Shown: piece after piece, positions 14,822 to 23,038 of the stretch
Position numbering within the stretch: position 1 is the first letter of the stretch
Layout: every line of letters starts with the position of its first letter
From: a virus
Virus record (IMG/VR): IMGVR_UViG_3300027826_000003
Coordinates: 1 to 38,609 of that record
Direction: 5' to 3' (one strand)
DNA length: 38,609 nt
Notes under the pieces: model-generated
Database searches by the model: none
Told to the model about the DNA's origin: nothing
The model's input: only the letters and a program-made list of their open reading frames with translations
Translations under genes and position numbers: made by a program

Positions 14822-15616
14822 TTAGCTCCTCGTGCTCGGGCTCGTGCCGCTGTCGAGCGTGAACGACCGGATCGTCGTCCCGGTGCTCGGCGTCTGGACG
14901 GTGTACGTGGTGCCGGAGACCGATTCCTTACCCGCCGCCGCGCAGATCGCGGCGACCAGGGCGTCGCCGATCGTCAGTTGGTTATCCGCGACCGATCCGA
15001 GGTTGCGGGGTGTGAATCCCGTCTGGCTCAGACTGATCGTGACGGCGGACGCGACGCTACCCACGGAGCCGATCACGTTGCCGGCGACGCTCCCGACCGA
15101 TCCGCCGACGTTGCCGGTCACGCTCCCGACGGAGCCGGCCAGGTTGCCGCCGACATTGCCCGTGACGCTCGCGACGGAGCCGCCGACGTTGCCGGTGACG
15201 GCCGCGACGGAGCCGGCGACGCTTCCCAGCACGTTGCCGCCGACGTTGCCGGTGACCGATGCCACTGCCCCGCCGGCGTAGGTCGAGCGGGTCGAGATTG
15301 CGGCGTCGAGGTTCGTGAGTCCGAGGCTCGTGCCGTTCGTCGGGTCGGCCGCGGTGGTGACGATCGTTTTCTCGGCCGGGACGGCTGAGGCGGCGGTGAA
15401 CAGGTAGCTGATCTGATTGCCGTTCGTGTCGGCCTGGCTCGGAGCAAAGTTGTACTGGCCATGGCCGAGCTCGGTCACGCTCCCGGTCGCCGACGCCTGC
15501 GCGGCGCCGTCGATCGAGCGGTAGGCGGTCACGGTCGCGCCGGTCAGCGCCCCGCCGGTCGTCGCGTTGATCAGCACGAAGCCGAGATTCTGCCCGGCGG
15601 TGTTCTTTCGGTACAT
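14822..15616 (-). CDS. Tail-fibre-like protein with an irregular G-[SN]-V-x / S-V-x short-repeat tract.
   Basis: The start MYRKNTAGQNLGF at ATG 15616 lies in a TGATG overlap with the upstream stop. The repeat tract is VASVTGNVGGNVLGSVAGSVAAVTGNVGGSVASVTGNVGGNLAGSVGSVTGNVGGSVGSVAGNVIGSVGSVASAV (15046..15270). Confidence 0.7.
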   Translation of the reverse strand: MYRKNTAGQNLGFVLINATTGGALTGATVTAYRSIDGAAQASATGSVTELGHGQYNFAPSQADTNGNQISYLFTAASAVPAEKTIVTTAADPTNGTSLGLTNLDAAISTRSTYAGGAVASVTGNVGGNVLGSVAGSVAAVTGNVGGSVASVTGNVGGNLAGSVGSVTGNVGGSVGSVAGNVIGSVGSVASAVTISLSQTGFTPRNLGSVADNQLTIGDALVAAICAAAGKESVSGTTYTVQTPSTGTTIRSFTLDSGTSPSTRS

Positions 15617-16470
15617 CAGTAGACTCCGATGCCGAGCGTGGAGGAAGGCGCGATCCATCCGGGGAGGAATGTGGGCGGCGGTGTCGCCGTCCCCGCCAGC
15701 ACGGCCGACCGCTGTTTGCCGGGGCGAAGGCGCCAGAATGGATTCGTGTAGAGCCGATAGACCTGAACGGCGCTGATCGGGTAACCGAAGATCGCCACGT
15801 TATCGATCACGCCGGGAAACGGATCGCCGAACGGCGATGATCCGTAATCGGCGCCCAGCATGATCGGCGTTGACGTGTAAACCAGCGGCCCCGTGACGTT
15901 CGTCACCGCGCCGACTTGCTTGCCGTTGAAGTAGCCTATGAGCGTGGTTCCGTCGTAGGTCAGGGCGACGTGATTCCAAGCGCCCGATACCAGCGTCGGG
16001 ACCGTGAACACGCCCGTGGGTGGCGAGCCGCCCGAATAGCTTGAGCCGTTGCTGATGTCGTATTCGATCGACGTGCTGTCATTGATGCGGATCAGCCACG
16101 TCATGTACGGGCTGGACCACGGCGGACCGCTGGCGGGCTTGCAGATGACCGCCGCGAACGATGGCGTAGCTGAGAGACAGAACCACGCCGAGAGCGATAC
16201 GGTGTCGCTATGAATGGCCGCGGTATCCGGGCTCGTCACGTAGCCGGTCGATCCGTTGAACGAGAGGGCATTCCCGAATTGCCCCGATGTCCAGGTGCAG
16301 CCGCCGTGGCGCGTGCCGGCCGAGACGTTTCCCGTGATGTCCGCGACGTCGCCCGTGTCCCCCCGGAACGTGCCGCGCGCGGTGTCCATCAGGAACCACG
16401 CCACCGGACCGCGCTCGCGGTGGTAAATCCGCGGCAGCGTCGGTTTTTTCGGGAACGCCGTGAGGCTCAC
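15616..16470 (-). CDS. LamG / concanavalin-A-like lectin domain protein, a candidate receptor-binding protein.
   Basis: 284 aa. The motifs GQFGNALSFNGSTGYVTS, WNHVALTYDGTTLIGYFNGKQVG and VIDNVAIFGYPISAVQV are the classic Laminin_G_3 pattern. Confidence 0.75.
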   Translation of the reverse strand: MSLTAFPKKPTLPRIYHRERGPVAWFLMDTARGTFRGDTGDVADITGNVSAGTRHGGCTWTSGQFGNALSFNGSTGYVTSPDTAAIHSDTVSLSAWFCLSATPSFAAVICKPASGPPWSSPYMTWLIRINDSTSIEYDISNGSSYSGGSPPTGVFTVPTLVSGAWNHVALTYDGTTLIGYFNGKQVGAVTNVTGPLVYTSTPIMLGADYGSSPFGDPFPGVIDNVAIFGYPISAVQVYRLYTNPFWRLRPGKQRSAVLAGTATPPPTFLPGWIAPSSTLGIGVY

Positions 16471-16856
16471 AGGTTGCTACTCGCGAGGGTCGTCGCCGCT
16501 GCCCAGGCCGTGATCGAGACGCTACCGCCGTCGTTGTTCGTGATCGTGATCTGCGCTTTCTTCGCTGCCATCGGTGGCAGGTACGGGCCGACGTAAAACG
16601 TCGTCGATGCCGTGGTCGGCAGCGTGATCGCCCCGCCGTCGTTGAAGTAGTTCGTGCCGTCGAGCGAGTAGCCGAACTGCACGGTCGGTCCGGCGCTCGG
16701 CGAGCTGCCGATCGTGACCTGCGCGCCGATCTCGGCCTCGAACGTCCCGGCCGTGGTCGTCAGGTCCACGGCCCCGGAAGAATTGCCGCCGGCCGCGATG
16801 GACGCGGGCGAGGCGTGCGTGCCGATCAGATCGCTTTCAGTGCGCGTCAAAGACAC
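16467..16856 (-). CDS. Small beta-rich virion protein (hypothetical).
   Basis: 129-aa ORF with an ATGA overlap to the downstream gene. Ser/Thr/Gly-rich with a beta-sandwich-like composition. Confidence 0.6.
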   Translation of the reverse strand: MSLTRTESDLIGTHASPASIAAGGNSSGAVDLTTTAGTFEAEIGAQVTIGSSPSAGPTVQFGYSLDGTNYFNDGGAITLPTTASTTFYVGPYLPPMAAKKAQITITNNDGGSVSITAWAAATTLASSNL

Positions 16857-16859
16857 GAG

Positions 16860-17303
16860 TTAGCTCCCCTGCGGCCGTGCCGCGATCACGTCTGCCAGCG
16901 TCGCCGGACGCCCGAGGTTTGCCGCCGCCCATGAAATCTGCGCGGGCCACGATGGATCGAGCTCCGTCGCCGTGATCACCGCCCCCACCGCGGCGGCCTC
17001 GCCGCTCGTGATCAAAGCCGGCGGGGAGCTCAGCGCCGCCAGCCAGTTGCCGATCGACACCACGTCGCGGAGGTTGATCGCCGTGATCAGTTGCGTCGCC
17101 GTGGCGAGCGACCGCACATTCGCGACCGACGCCGCCGAGAGGCAGCCCATCACATCGGCGAACGCGAACGGCTTCGCGACGGTCGGTTGTGGCGTCGGAT
17201 TGGCGACGGACGGCGCGTTCAGCGCCGTGAGAATCGCGTTGTTCGTCGGCGTCCAGTCGGTGATAAAGCCCTGAATCATAGCTGTCGGGTTCGTGCTCGG
17301 CAT
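16860..17303 (-). CDS. Hypothetical virion-module protein.
   Basis: I prefer ATG 17303 (MPSTNPTAMIQGF...), which lies 5 nt after the stop of 17309..17560. The track start at 17372 would overlap that gene by 64 nt. Confidence 0.55.
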   Translation of the reverse strand: MPSTNPTAMIQGFITDWTPTNNAILTALNAPSVANPTPQPTVAKPFAFADVMGCLSAASVANVRSLATATQLITAINLRDVVSIGNWLAALSSPPALITSGEAAAVGAVITATELDPSWPAQISWAAANLGRPATLADVIAARPQGS

Positions 17304-17308
17304 CAGAA

Positions 17309-17560
17309 TCAATCCCCCGTCATTCGATCCCGCCACCCGGAATCCCACGGCCACATTCGTTCGGCGGTCCATCGCGCGAGGTTCGCGACCGCTTCGTCGG
17401 GCGTCCTGCCGCTATGCCAGATGCCGCCGTCGTGCGGACCGATGCGCGCGATCCAGAAGCCGAGCGGCCGTTCGAATCGCTCGACCCGGATCACGTTCGC
17501 GAGCGGGATCTCATCGGCCACGGTCGGCGCTCGGCTTTCGGCTTGGCGATCGGGGATCAT
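17309..17560 (-). CDS. HicB/UPF0150-like small protein (tentative).
   Basis: 83 aa. ..IRVERFERPLGFWIARIGPHDGGIWHSGRTPDEAVANLARW.. follows the HicB N-domain pattern (x-V-x-I-E..G-x-Y-x-A..P..G..-G-x-T-x-E-E-A..N). High GC3. No obvious SD before ATG 17560. Confidence 0.45.
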   Translation of the reverse strand: MIPDRQAESRAPTVADEIPLANVIRVERFERPLGFWIARIGPHDGGIWHSGRTPDEAVANLARWTAERMWPWDSGWRDRMTGD

Positions 17561-17571
17561 TGGCGTAAGTT
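17543..17571 (+). promoter_or_regulatory. Sigma-70-like promoter for the embedded plus-strand gene.
   Basis: TTGGCG (17543-17548), a 17-nt spacer, then TAAGTT (17566-17571). The strong SD AAAGGAGGG follows at 17581-17589. Confidence 0.4.
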
Positions 17572-17593
17572 GTGCGTCAGAAAGGAGGGCGTT

Positions 17594-17824
17594 ATGCCCG
17601 CTACTTGGTCTGTCGAGAATGTCGCGACCGACTCTCAGGTGCGGATCTGCTACGGCGATCTCTGCACCGAAATGCCGTACTCTCAGGCGACGAAATTCGC
17701 CCAGCGCATCCTCGGGTTCACCGGGAGCCTTCCGCCGAACGGCCGAACGGCCGGCGCGACGAGCCGAAGCATGAAGGCCGCCGGCGGGAAGAAGGGCGGG
17801 AAGCGCGGCGGTAAGGCGTGCTGA
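17594..17824 (+). CDS. Small 76-aa protein with a Lys/Gly-rich basic tail, encoded against the late operon (moron-like).
   Basis: ATG 17594 follows AAAGGAGGG by 4 nt. The product is MPATWSVENVATDSQVRICYGDLCTEMPYSQATKFAQRILGF...KAAGGKKGGKRGGKAC. GC3 is mostly G/C. It has its own promoter-like element and a downstream hairpin. Confidence 0.6.
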   Translation: MPATWSVENVATDSQVRICYGDLCTEMPYSQATKFAQRILGFTGSLPPNGRTAGATSRSMKAAGGKKGGKRGGKAC

Positions 17825-17836
17825 CAGGTGTCACCG

Positions 17837-17871
17837 CGCCGTCCGTCGCCGACCACGGGCGACGGACGGCG
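17837..17871. terminator. Perfect 14-bp hairpin between convergent genes. It has no U-tract on either strand.
   Basis: cgccgtccgtcgcc-gaccacg-ggcgacggacggcg lies between the stop at 17824 (+) and the stop at 17880 (-). Confidence 0.45.
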
Positions 17872-17879
17872 CTCGAACG

Positions 17880-18533
17880 TTAGAAGTTTTGCGCGACGGT
17901 CGCGTAGAACGTCGTCGCCGTGATCGCGCGGAGCGTGACGATATCGGCCTTTGCAGCGGTCGTCGTGAGCGTCGGTGCGCTGCCGCCGGACCACTTGATT
18001 CCGCTGAACCACGTCACGGTACGCGAGCCCGTCCCGTCCTGGACCAGCGTCAGCTCGATCTTTTGACCGGGCGTCACGTTCGCCAGCGCGAGCGTCCGGT
18101 TTCCCGCGAGCGTCACGGTGTGGCGGTTGCTGACGCTGCAATCAAACGTGATCGTCGATCCGTCGGTATCGACCACGAGCGGCTCGTACGAGCTGTTGAT
18201 CCCCAGGAGGTTCGCCGTCCCTCCTGTCGCGAGCACGACGCTTTCGGGGAATTGCAGCACGTCGCCGGCGTTCACATTCGCGTCGACGTAGCCGGCCGGG
18301 GCGGTCGAGCTGACGGTCAGCGTCTGCGCCGACCAGGCCGTCACGTTCAGCGCCGTGATGAGCGCGCCCGAGCGAAGCACGAGCGCGTTGCAAGGGAACG
18401 AGAAGTCGCCCGACGGTCCGCAGTTGACCGATACGCTGGTGCCGCCGCTCGAACGGGCGGCGGTGACGATCGGCTGGGCGTGGATCACGTCTTCGTGAAC
18501 TTGAGTTGCCAAGGTCAGGTCTCCGTGCCCCAC
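17880..18533 (-). CDS. Beta-rich virion protein (hypothetical) immediately downstream of the portal gene.
   Basis: 217-aa ORF. The GTG 18533 start overlaps the portal end. An alternative TTG at 18512 lies 7 nt after GGAGA. Confidence 0.6.
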   Translation of the reverse strand: MGHGDLTLATQVHEDVIHAQPIVTAARSSGGTSVSVNCGPSGDFSFPCNALVLRSGALITALNVTAWSAQTLTVSSTAPAGYVDANVNAGDVLQFPESVVLATGGTANLLGINSSYEPLVVDTDGSTITFDCSVSNRHTVTLAGNRTLALANVTPGQKIELTLVQDGTGSRTVTWFSGIKWSGGSAPTLTTTAAKADIVTLRAITATTFYATVAQNF

Positions 18534-20245
18534 GAGCCATAGCCTGGCGTCGCGGGGAGAATAAGGGGTGCTGCGGGAATCGGCATCTGCGGGTCGACCG
18601 CGACGGTAACACTCACGTTCGGCGCGCTATCGGCCTTCGGCGGCGCCTGGCCGCTCGGCGAGCCGGACGGGCCGGCGAGGCCCATGTCCACGTTTTCCCC
18701 GCCGTCGATCCCGAGCTTGTCGCCGTCGTCGTCAAGCTCGGTCGTCTGGTCGTCGGGCGGCGGCGGGACGACGGCGGTCGGGTCGGCCTGCAGCGCCGCG
18801 GCGATCTGCTTCCGGCGCTGGATCGCGCGATACGCTTCGATCGCTTCCTCCTCGGTCAAGCCCTGGCGGCGCATCAGGAGCTCGATCGGGTCGGTGAGGT
18901 CGTATGACAATTCGAACGTATCGGCGTTGTCGCGTTCCGGTCCGGGGAGGTCGATCGAGGGCTCGGGCCAGGCGACGCGGAGCGACGGATCGTCCGCGAA
19001 CGCGGCCAGCTCGCCGGCCAGGCCCGGCAGTCCCGCGGCGGGGCACGCCCCGATCCGGCACACGAGCTGGGCGAGCTTCGTCTCGTGCAATTCGAACAGC
19101 GGTTGCCGGCCCTTCGCGTACGTGATCAGGTCGGCGTCCTGCGCGGCGATCGACACGCCCGACGCGAGCCGCGCACCGCCGCCGCCATCGGCCGCGACGT
19201 CGATCGAGATGGGGATATCGAGCTCTTTCAAGGCCGCGTTGGCCTGGCCGCGGACGTATTCGACGATCGCCGGGATATCGAGGCTCGACTCGAGGTACTT
19301 GGCTTCGGGTAAGACCGGCGCGCCCTCCGTGTTGTCGAGCTTCGCGACCAGGGGCACGAAGCCGCCGTCGATGAAACGCGGCCGCCATTCGGGGCCGACG
19401 CCGGAGACGAATCCCAGCGGCCGGGCGTAATGGTGGACCCACAGAGCGAGGTTCGAGAGGTCGATGTTGAGCGCGCGGTTGATCTTGCTCAGGAGGCCGC
19501 CGAGGCCGTGCATATGCAAGTCGGTCGTCGGCAGCTCGTGCGTGATCATCACGAACGGGAGCACGCCGTACGGGTGCGGGCCGCTCTGGTCGGGCATGAA
19601 CCGAATCTTCGTCTGCCCATTGGTTTCGTACCCCCAGTTTTTCGAGCGGACGAAGGTGTAATAGTGCGTCCGCGTCCAGAGGCGGTACCGGATCGATTCC
19701 GGCCCGGCCTTCGTGATCGTGCAAACGGCGGTCGGTACGCGCGGCTCGTCGGGCGAGGCCCAGAACGCGAAGTCGTAGCGCGGGAAGAGATGGTAATTAA
19801 TCGGCCTGGCCGGGTTCCCGGTCGGGTAGACGCCGATCGCGCAAAGGCCGTGGAGCGTCGCGAGCCGGTCGGCGTGCTGCATCAGACCATTGAGCTGGAT
19901 ATCCTGCGCGACGCGGTTGTACCACGCGTCGACGTCGGGGCTCGCGGTGATGCGCCGCTTGCGCGGGCCGGGCTTGTAGAGATGCGACGTGAGCTTGTTG
20001 ACGGCCTGCCTGGTGATGAAGCTCACGCGTTTCGGCCGCGTCAACCACGAGAGCGCGTCCTCGGCCGGTCGGAACGCGACGTATTTTTCCGACTCGCCCT
20101 CGTACCAGTCCTTGAGCTCGCGGGCCTTGACGAGGTGGCGCTCGTGACTTGCGCAGCCGGCCTTGACGTCGGCGAGGATCGCGCGAAGCGACGGCGTCTC
20201 GTCGCCGGCGTAGGGCTCGACCGGGTTTGGTTGATAGTCCGCCAT
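18515..20245 (-). CDS. Portal protein (putative).
   Basis: 576 aa. The call rests on its position downstream of terL, its size, and an acidic then Pro-rich C-terminal tail. No family motif was verified. Confidence 0.65.
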   Translation of the reverse strand: MADYQPNPVEPYAGDETPSLRAILADVKAGCASHERHLVKARELKDWYEGESEKYVAFRPAEDALSWLTRPKRVSFITRQAVNKLTSHLYKPGPRKRRITASPDVDAWYNRVAQDIQLNGLMQHADRLATLHGLCAIGVYPTGNPARPINYHLFPRYDFAFWASPDEPRVPTAVCTITKAGPESIRYRLWTRTHYYTFVRSKNWGYETNGQTKIRFMPDQSGPHPYGVLPFVMITHELPTTDLHMHGLGGLLSKINRALNIDLSNLALWVHHYARPLGFVSGVGPEWRPRFIDGGFVPLVAKLDNTEGAPVLPEAKYLESSLDIPAIVEYVRGQANAALKELDIPISIDVAADGGGGARLASGVSIAAQDADLITYAKGRQPLFELHETKLAQLVCRIGACPAAGLPGLAGELAAFADDPSLRVAWPEPSIDLPGPERDNADTFELSYDLTDPIELLMRRQGLTEEEAIEAYRAIQRRKQIAAALQADPTAVVPPPPDDQTTELDDDGDKLGIDGGENVDMGLAGPSGSPSGQAPPKADSAPNVSVTVAVDPQMPIPAAPLILPATPGYGSWGTET

Positions 20246-20248
20246 GCC

Positions 20249-20674
20249 TTATCCGATCGCCGGAAGGTCGTATCGAGTGAGACCGTCGTACATGCGCTCG
20301 AGAGCCGCGACGCAGCGCTCGAGCGAGTGCGTCAGCACGCGGCCGAGGACGTCGCCGATCGGCCCGTTCGAGTCGAGCTGCTCGACCGCGCTCGAGTAGA
20401 GGTCGATCGGCGCGAGCACGACGTGGTAGAGCTCGTGCCGGAGGGTCCGGAGGACGTCGGCCTCGCTGTCGAACGCGTCGGGGTTGAGCACGATGTGCGC
20501 CGACTGGTAATCGACGAGCCGGCTGCACTCGCCGCGCGTGGTGTTATCGCTGTCGTCGCCGCGGCCGAGGCCGGGATCGTAGCTCACGCTCAGCTCCCAC
20601 GAGCCAAGGCCGAGCTGCCGCGAGAGGTGCGGAAGATGATCAATCACGACACGCTCGACGACCGATCGATCCAT
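20249..20674 (-). CDS. SprT-like / zincin HExxH metallopeptidase-domain protein.
   Basis: 141 aa. ..GSWELSVSY...RGECSRLVDYQSAHIVLNPDAF.SEADVLRTLRHELYHVV.. matches the SprT-like layout (W-x-v..G-x-c....I-x-L-n......L-x-HE-x-x-H). Confidence 0.5.
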   Translation of the reverse strand: MDRSVVERVVIDHLPHLSRQLGLGSWELSVSYDPGLGRGDDSDNTTRGECSRLVDYQSAHIVLNPDAFDSEADVLRTLRHELYHVVLAPIDLYSSAVEQLDSNGPIGDVLGRVLTHSLERCVAALERMYDGLTRYDLPAIG

Positions 20675-21096
20675 CAGAGACCGCCCTGGCCGGATCGGCC
20701 GCGGCTCGCGTCCGGATAGCTCGCCGGCCGCTCGCGGTAGCGGGCGACCTGGTCGCTCTCGGCGGCGCGCGCGGCGCCGTTCACGCTGTACGCGTCGCTA
20801 CAGCGCTCGATCGGGACGGCGTTCGGCCGCGGGTCGGACGGGATCGAGGCGGTGTCGATTCGGTAGGGGTCCATCGATGGCCACTCCGATTTCGTAAGAG
20901 CCGACTTCACGTCGTCGAGGTGAATGCATTCCTTCAGATTCGGGCACACGTCGCCCGAACTAATGAGCGCGAGCTTGCCGTTGCAGTAGTCGTTCCCCGG
21001 CTTCGCGTCGTAGAGGATTCCGATCACGGAACACCAGTCGTTGATCAGAGCCACCTTGTCGCCGTTCTTGGCCTCACGGCCGTTCTTGTAGTGCAC
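20674..21096 (-). CDS. Hypothetical protein whose N-terminal ~65 codons have lower GC.
   Basis: 140-aa ORF, MHYKNGREAKNGDKVALINDWCSVIGILYDAKPGNDYCNGKLA... It overlaps the downstream start by 1 nt and begins 4 nt after the terL stop. Confidence 0.6.
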   Translation of the reverse strand: MHYKNGREAKNGDKVALINDWCSVIGILYDAKPGNDYCNGKLALISSGDVCPNLKECIHLDDVKSALTKSEWPSMDPYRIDTASIPSDPRPNAVPIERCSDAYSVNGAARAAESDQVARYRERPASYPDASRGRSGQGGL

Positions 21097-21099
21097 AGC

Positions 21100-22653
21100 T
21101 CACTCCGAAAAGGTGAACGTCATCAACAGCGCGTCGAGAAGGTCGGGCGATCGGTGCAACCGAGCGGCCAGGTCCTCCTTGTTTTCGAGGACCTGCTTTA
21201 CCTGGCCCTCTTCCATCTCCATCGTCGGGGCCCGGAGCTCGCCGAGCTCCTGGCGCAGTGCCGGCCACTCCGGGTGCCCGCCGCAGTAGAACGGCACATG
21301 GCCCTCGCGGTGCGGGTCGAGCCGGGCGCGAAGCGCGAAGGCGTTCGCGGTCCGGCGATTGACGAAGAGCTTGCCCCCCTTGCCGGCGCCGAAATAGCCG
21401 ATCGCGCCGTCGAACGCTCGCGGCTGCGTCCGCTCGACCCAGCTCGCGGGCTGGTCTACGTGCTGGGCGCGGTAGGCGGTGATTCGCCGCTGGGCCTCGG
21501 CGGCCAGGTAGCTGCCGAACGATCTGCCGATCCCGGCCTTGTCGTACACGAGGTGATCGGCAGTGACGCCGAACTTGCTGGCGAGGTCGAGTACCAGAGG
21601 TTCAAGCCGGTGCTTCGCGTCGTCGAGCACGCCGTGCCACTCCGAGGCGATGAGTGCGAGCAGCCGCTTGCGATCGCGCACGACCACGACGCTACGATCA
21701 GCGCCGACGCCGCCGCCGACGTCGACGCCCATGAACGCCGGCCCGGCCGGGTATTCGCGCCAGAGGTCATCATCGAGGATCGTCTCCCGGGTGCACGCGT
21801 CGACCCAAGCGGAGGGAATGAACCGGACCGTCTCGGCGCCGGGGAACTGGCCGAGGATGTTCGACTTCCACCACGGCGATTCCTCGCCGTGAATCGTCCT
21901 CATCTGATGCAAAAACGACCGCGAGACGGCGCCGATCGGCGAGTAGTCGAGCTGCGCGTGCGGGTGATCGAGACAGGAGATCGGGACGGTGTTGATCGCG
22001 TCCGCGCCCTTCGCGGCGATGTCGTGGAGCTCGCGAAAGTGGCAGTCGTACCGGATCGGGTTGCCGCACACGACGAGCCGCGTCGCCGCGAGTCCGTGGA
22101 TCGCGGTCCAGATATCGGCGTGCACGCCCGAGGCCTCGTCGACGATCACGAGCAGCTCGCCGGCGTGCTGGCCCGAAAACCCTTCGCTCGACTGCGCCGC
22201 GAAGCCCAGCGCTCCCCAGTCGCCTTTCGACCGGACCGTGAGCCGCTGGGGTGACGAGTAGCCTTGCGTCAAGTGGTCGTAACCAAGTCGGGCACGGCTC
22301 GCACGGATCGCCCGCCGGATCTCTTTCCAGAGGACGCTAACAACCTGGCGGTGATCGGGGCCCGTCGTGATGACGAGCGAGTTGGGCCGCGTGTAGAGCC
22401 ACCAGAGGACGACCCCGGCGAGCAAGTAGCTCTTGCCGACCGCCCGGCCCGCGGGGACGACGGTCGTCGGGTACCGAACGATCGAGTCGCAGACGGCGGC
22501 CTGCTTATTCCAGAGGCGCCGGCCGAGGATCCTCTCCTGAAACTCGACCGGTCTCCACTTCAGGTGCTCGAGGACCTTCCGGGCCGGCGGCTCCGTCGGC
22601 TTCGGCGCCGGCTTCGGCTTCGATTTCGGCGAGCAGCTCGGGCCAGGCGTCAC
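21100..22653 (-). CDS. terL: Terminase large subunit.
   Basis: Walker A is VVPAGRAVGKS and Walker B is ELLVIVDEAS. The C-terminal nuclease-like region reads FMGVDVGGGVGADRSVVVV. The track start (GTG 22653) overlaps terS by 149 nt, so the true start is uncertain. Confidence 0.9.
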   Translation of the reverse strand: MTPGPSCSPKSKPKPAPKPTEPPARKVLEHLKWRPVEFQERILGRRLWNKQAAVCDSIVRYPTTVVPAGRAVGKSYLLAGVVLWWLYTRPNSLVITTGPDHRQVVSVLWKEIRRAIRASRARLGYDHLTQGYSSPQRLTVRSKGDWGALGFAAQSSEGFSGQHAGELLVIVDEASGVHADIWTAIHGLAATRLVVCGNPIRYDCHFRELHDIAAKGADAINTVPISCLDHPHAQLDYSPIGAVSRSFLHQMRTIHGEESPWWKSNILGQFPGAETVRFIPSAWVDACTRETILDDDLWREYPAGPAFMGVDVGGGVGADRSVVVVRDRKRLLALIASEWHGVLDDAKHRLEPLVLDLASKFGVTADHLVYDKAGIGRSFGSYLAAEAQRRITAYRAQHVDQPASWVERTQPRAFDGAIGYFGAGKGGKLFVNRRTANAFALRARLDPHREGHVPFYCGGHPEWPALRQELGELRAPTMEMEEGQVKQVLENKEDLAARLHRSPDLLDALLMTFTFSE

Positions 22654-23005
22654 GCGCTTCGGGCTCCGTCGGTTTTTCGGGTCGATCGAGGCCGAGCAAT
22701 TTGCGTTCGTCCGCCATCGCGCCGCGGATCTCTTTCAGCAAGCGAGCGTCGGCGCCGTCCTCTTGCAGCTCCCAGGCGCCGGCGAGCTGGTCGATGATCC
22801 ACTCCAGCCGGGCGAGCTGCCGCCCGCGAGCGGCCGCGGTGCGGCGGGCGAGACGGTCCAGGGTCCGCTCATTAACGCGCGCCAGCGCTCGGCTAACCGA
22901 GCTCTGATGGACGCCCAGTTGCTCGGCAATTCGAAGCTGCGTCCAGCAACGGGCCTGAAGCCGGACGGCCTCGGCGAGCTGCTCGGGTGTGAGGTGCGCG
23001 GCCAC
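22505..23005 (-). CDS. terS: Terminase small subunit (HTH).
   Basis: 166 aa with a GTG start after AGGGAGG. The N-terminal HTH is WTQLRIAEQLGVHQSSVSRALARV, followed by an acidic C-terminal half. It lies directly upstream of terL. Confidence 0.65.
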   Translation of the reverse strand: MAAHLTPEQLAEAVRLQARCWTQLRIAEQLGVHQSSVSRALARVNERTLDRLARRTAAARGRQLARLEWIIDQLAGAWELQEDGADARLLKEIRGAMADERKLLGLDRPEKPTEPEARDAWPELLAEIEAEAGAEADGAAGPEGPRAPEVETGRVSGEDPRPAPLE

Positions 23006-23038
23006 ACTGGTTTCGCCTCCCTTGCGCCGGTCGATCGA

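Noticed and set aside
17309-17824. A HicAB toxin-antitoxin pair.
   Set aside because: The 76-aa plus-strand partner shows none of the HicA dsRBD-like features and is divergently rather than co-directionally arranged. Only a tentative HicB-like fold call remains.
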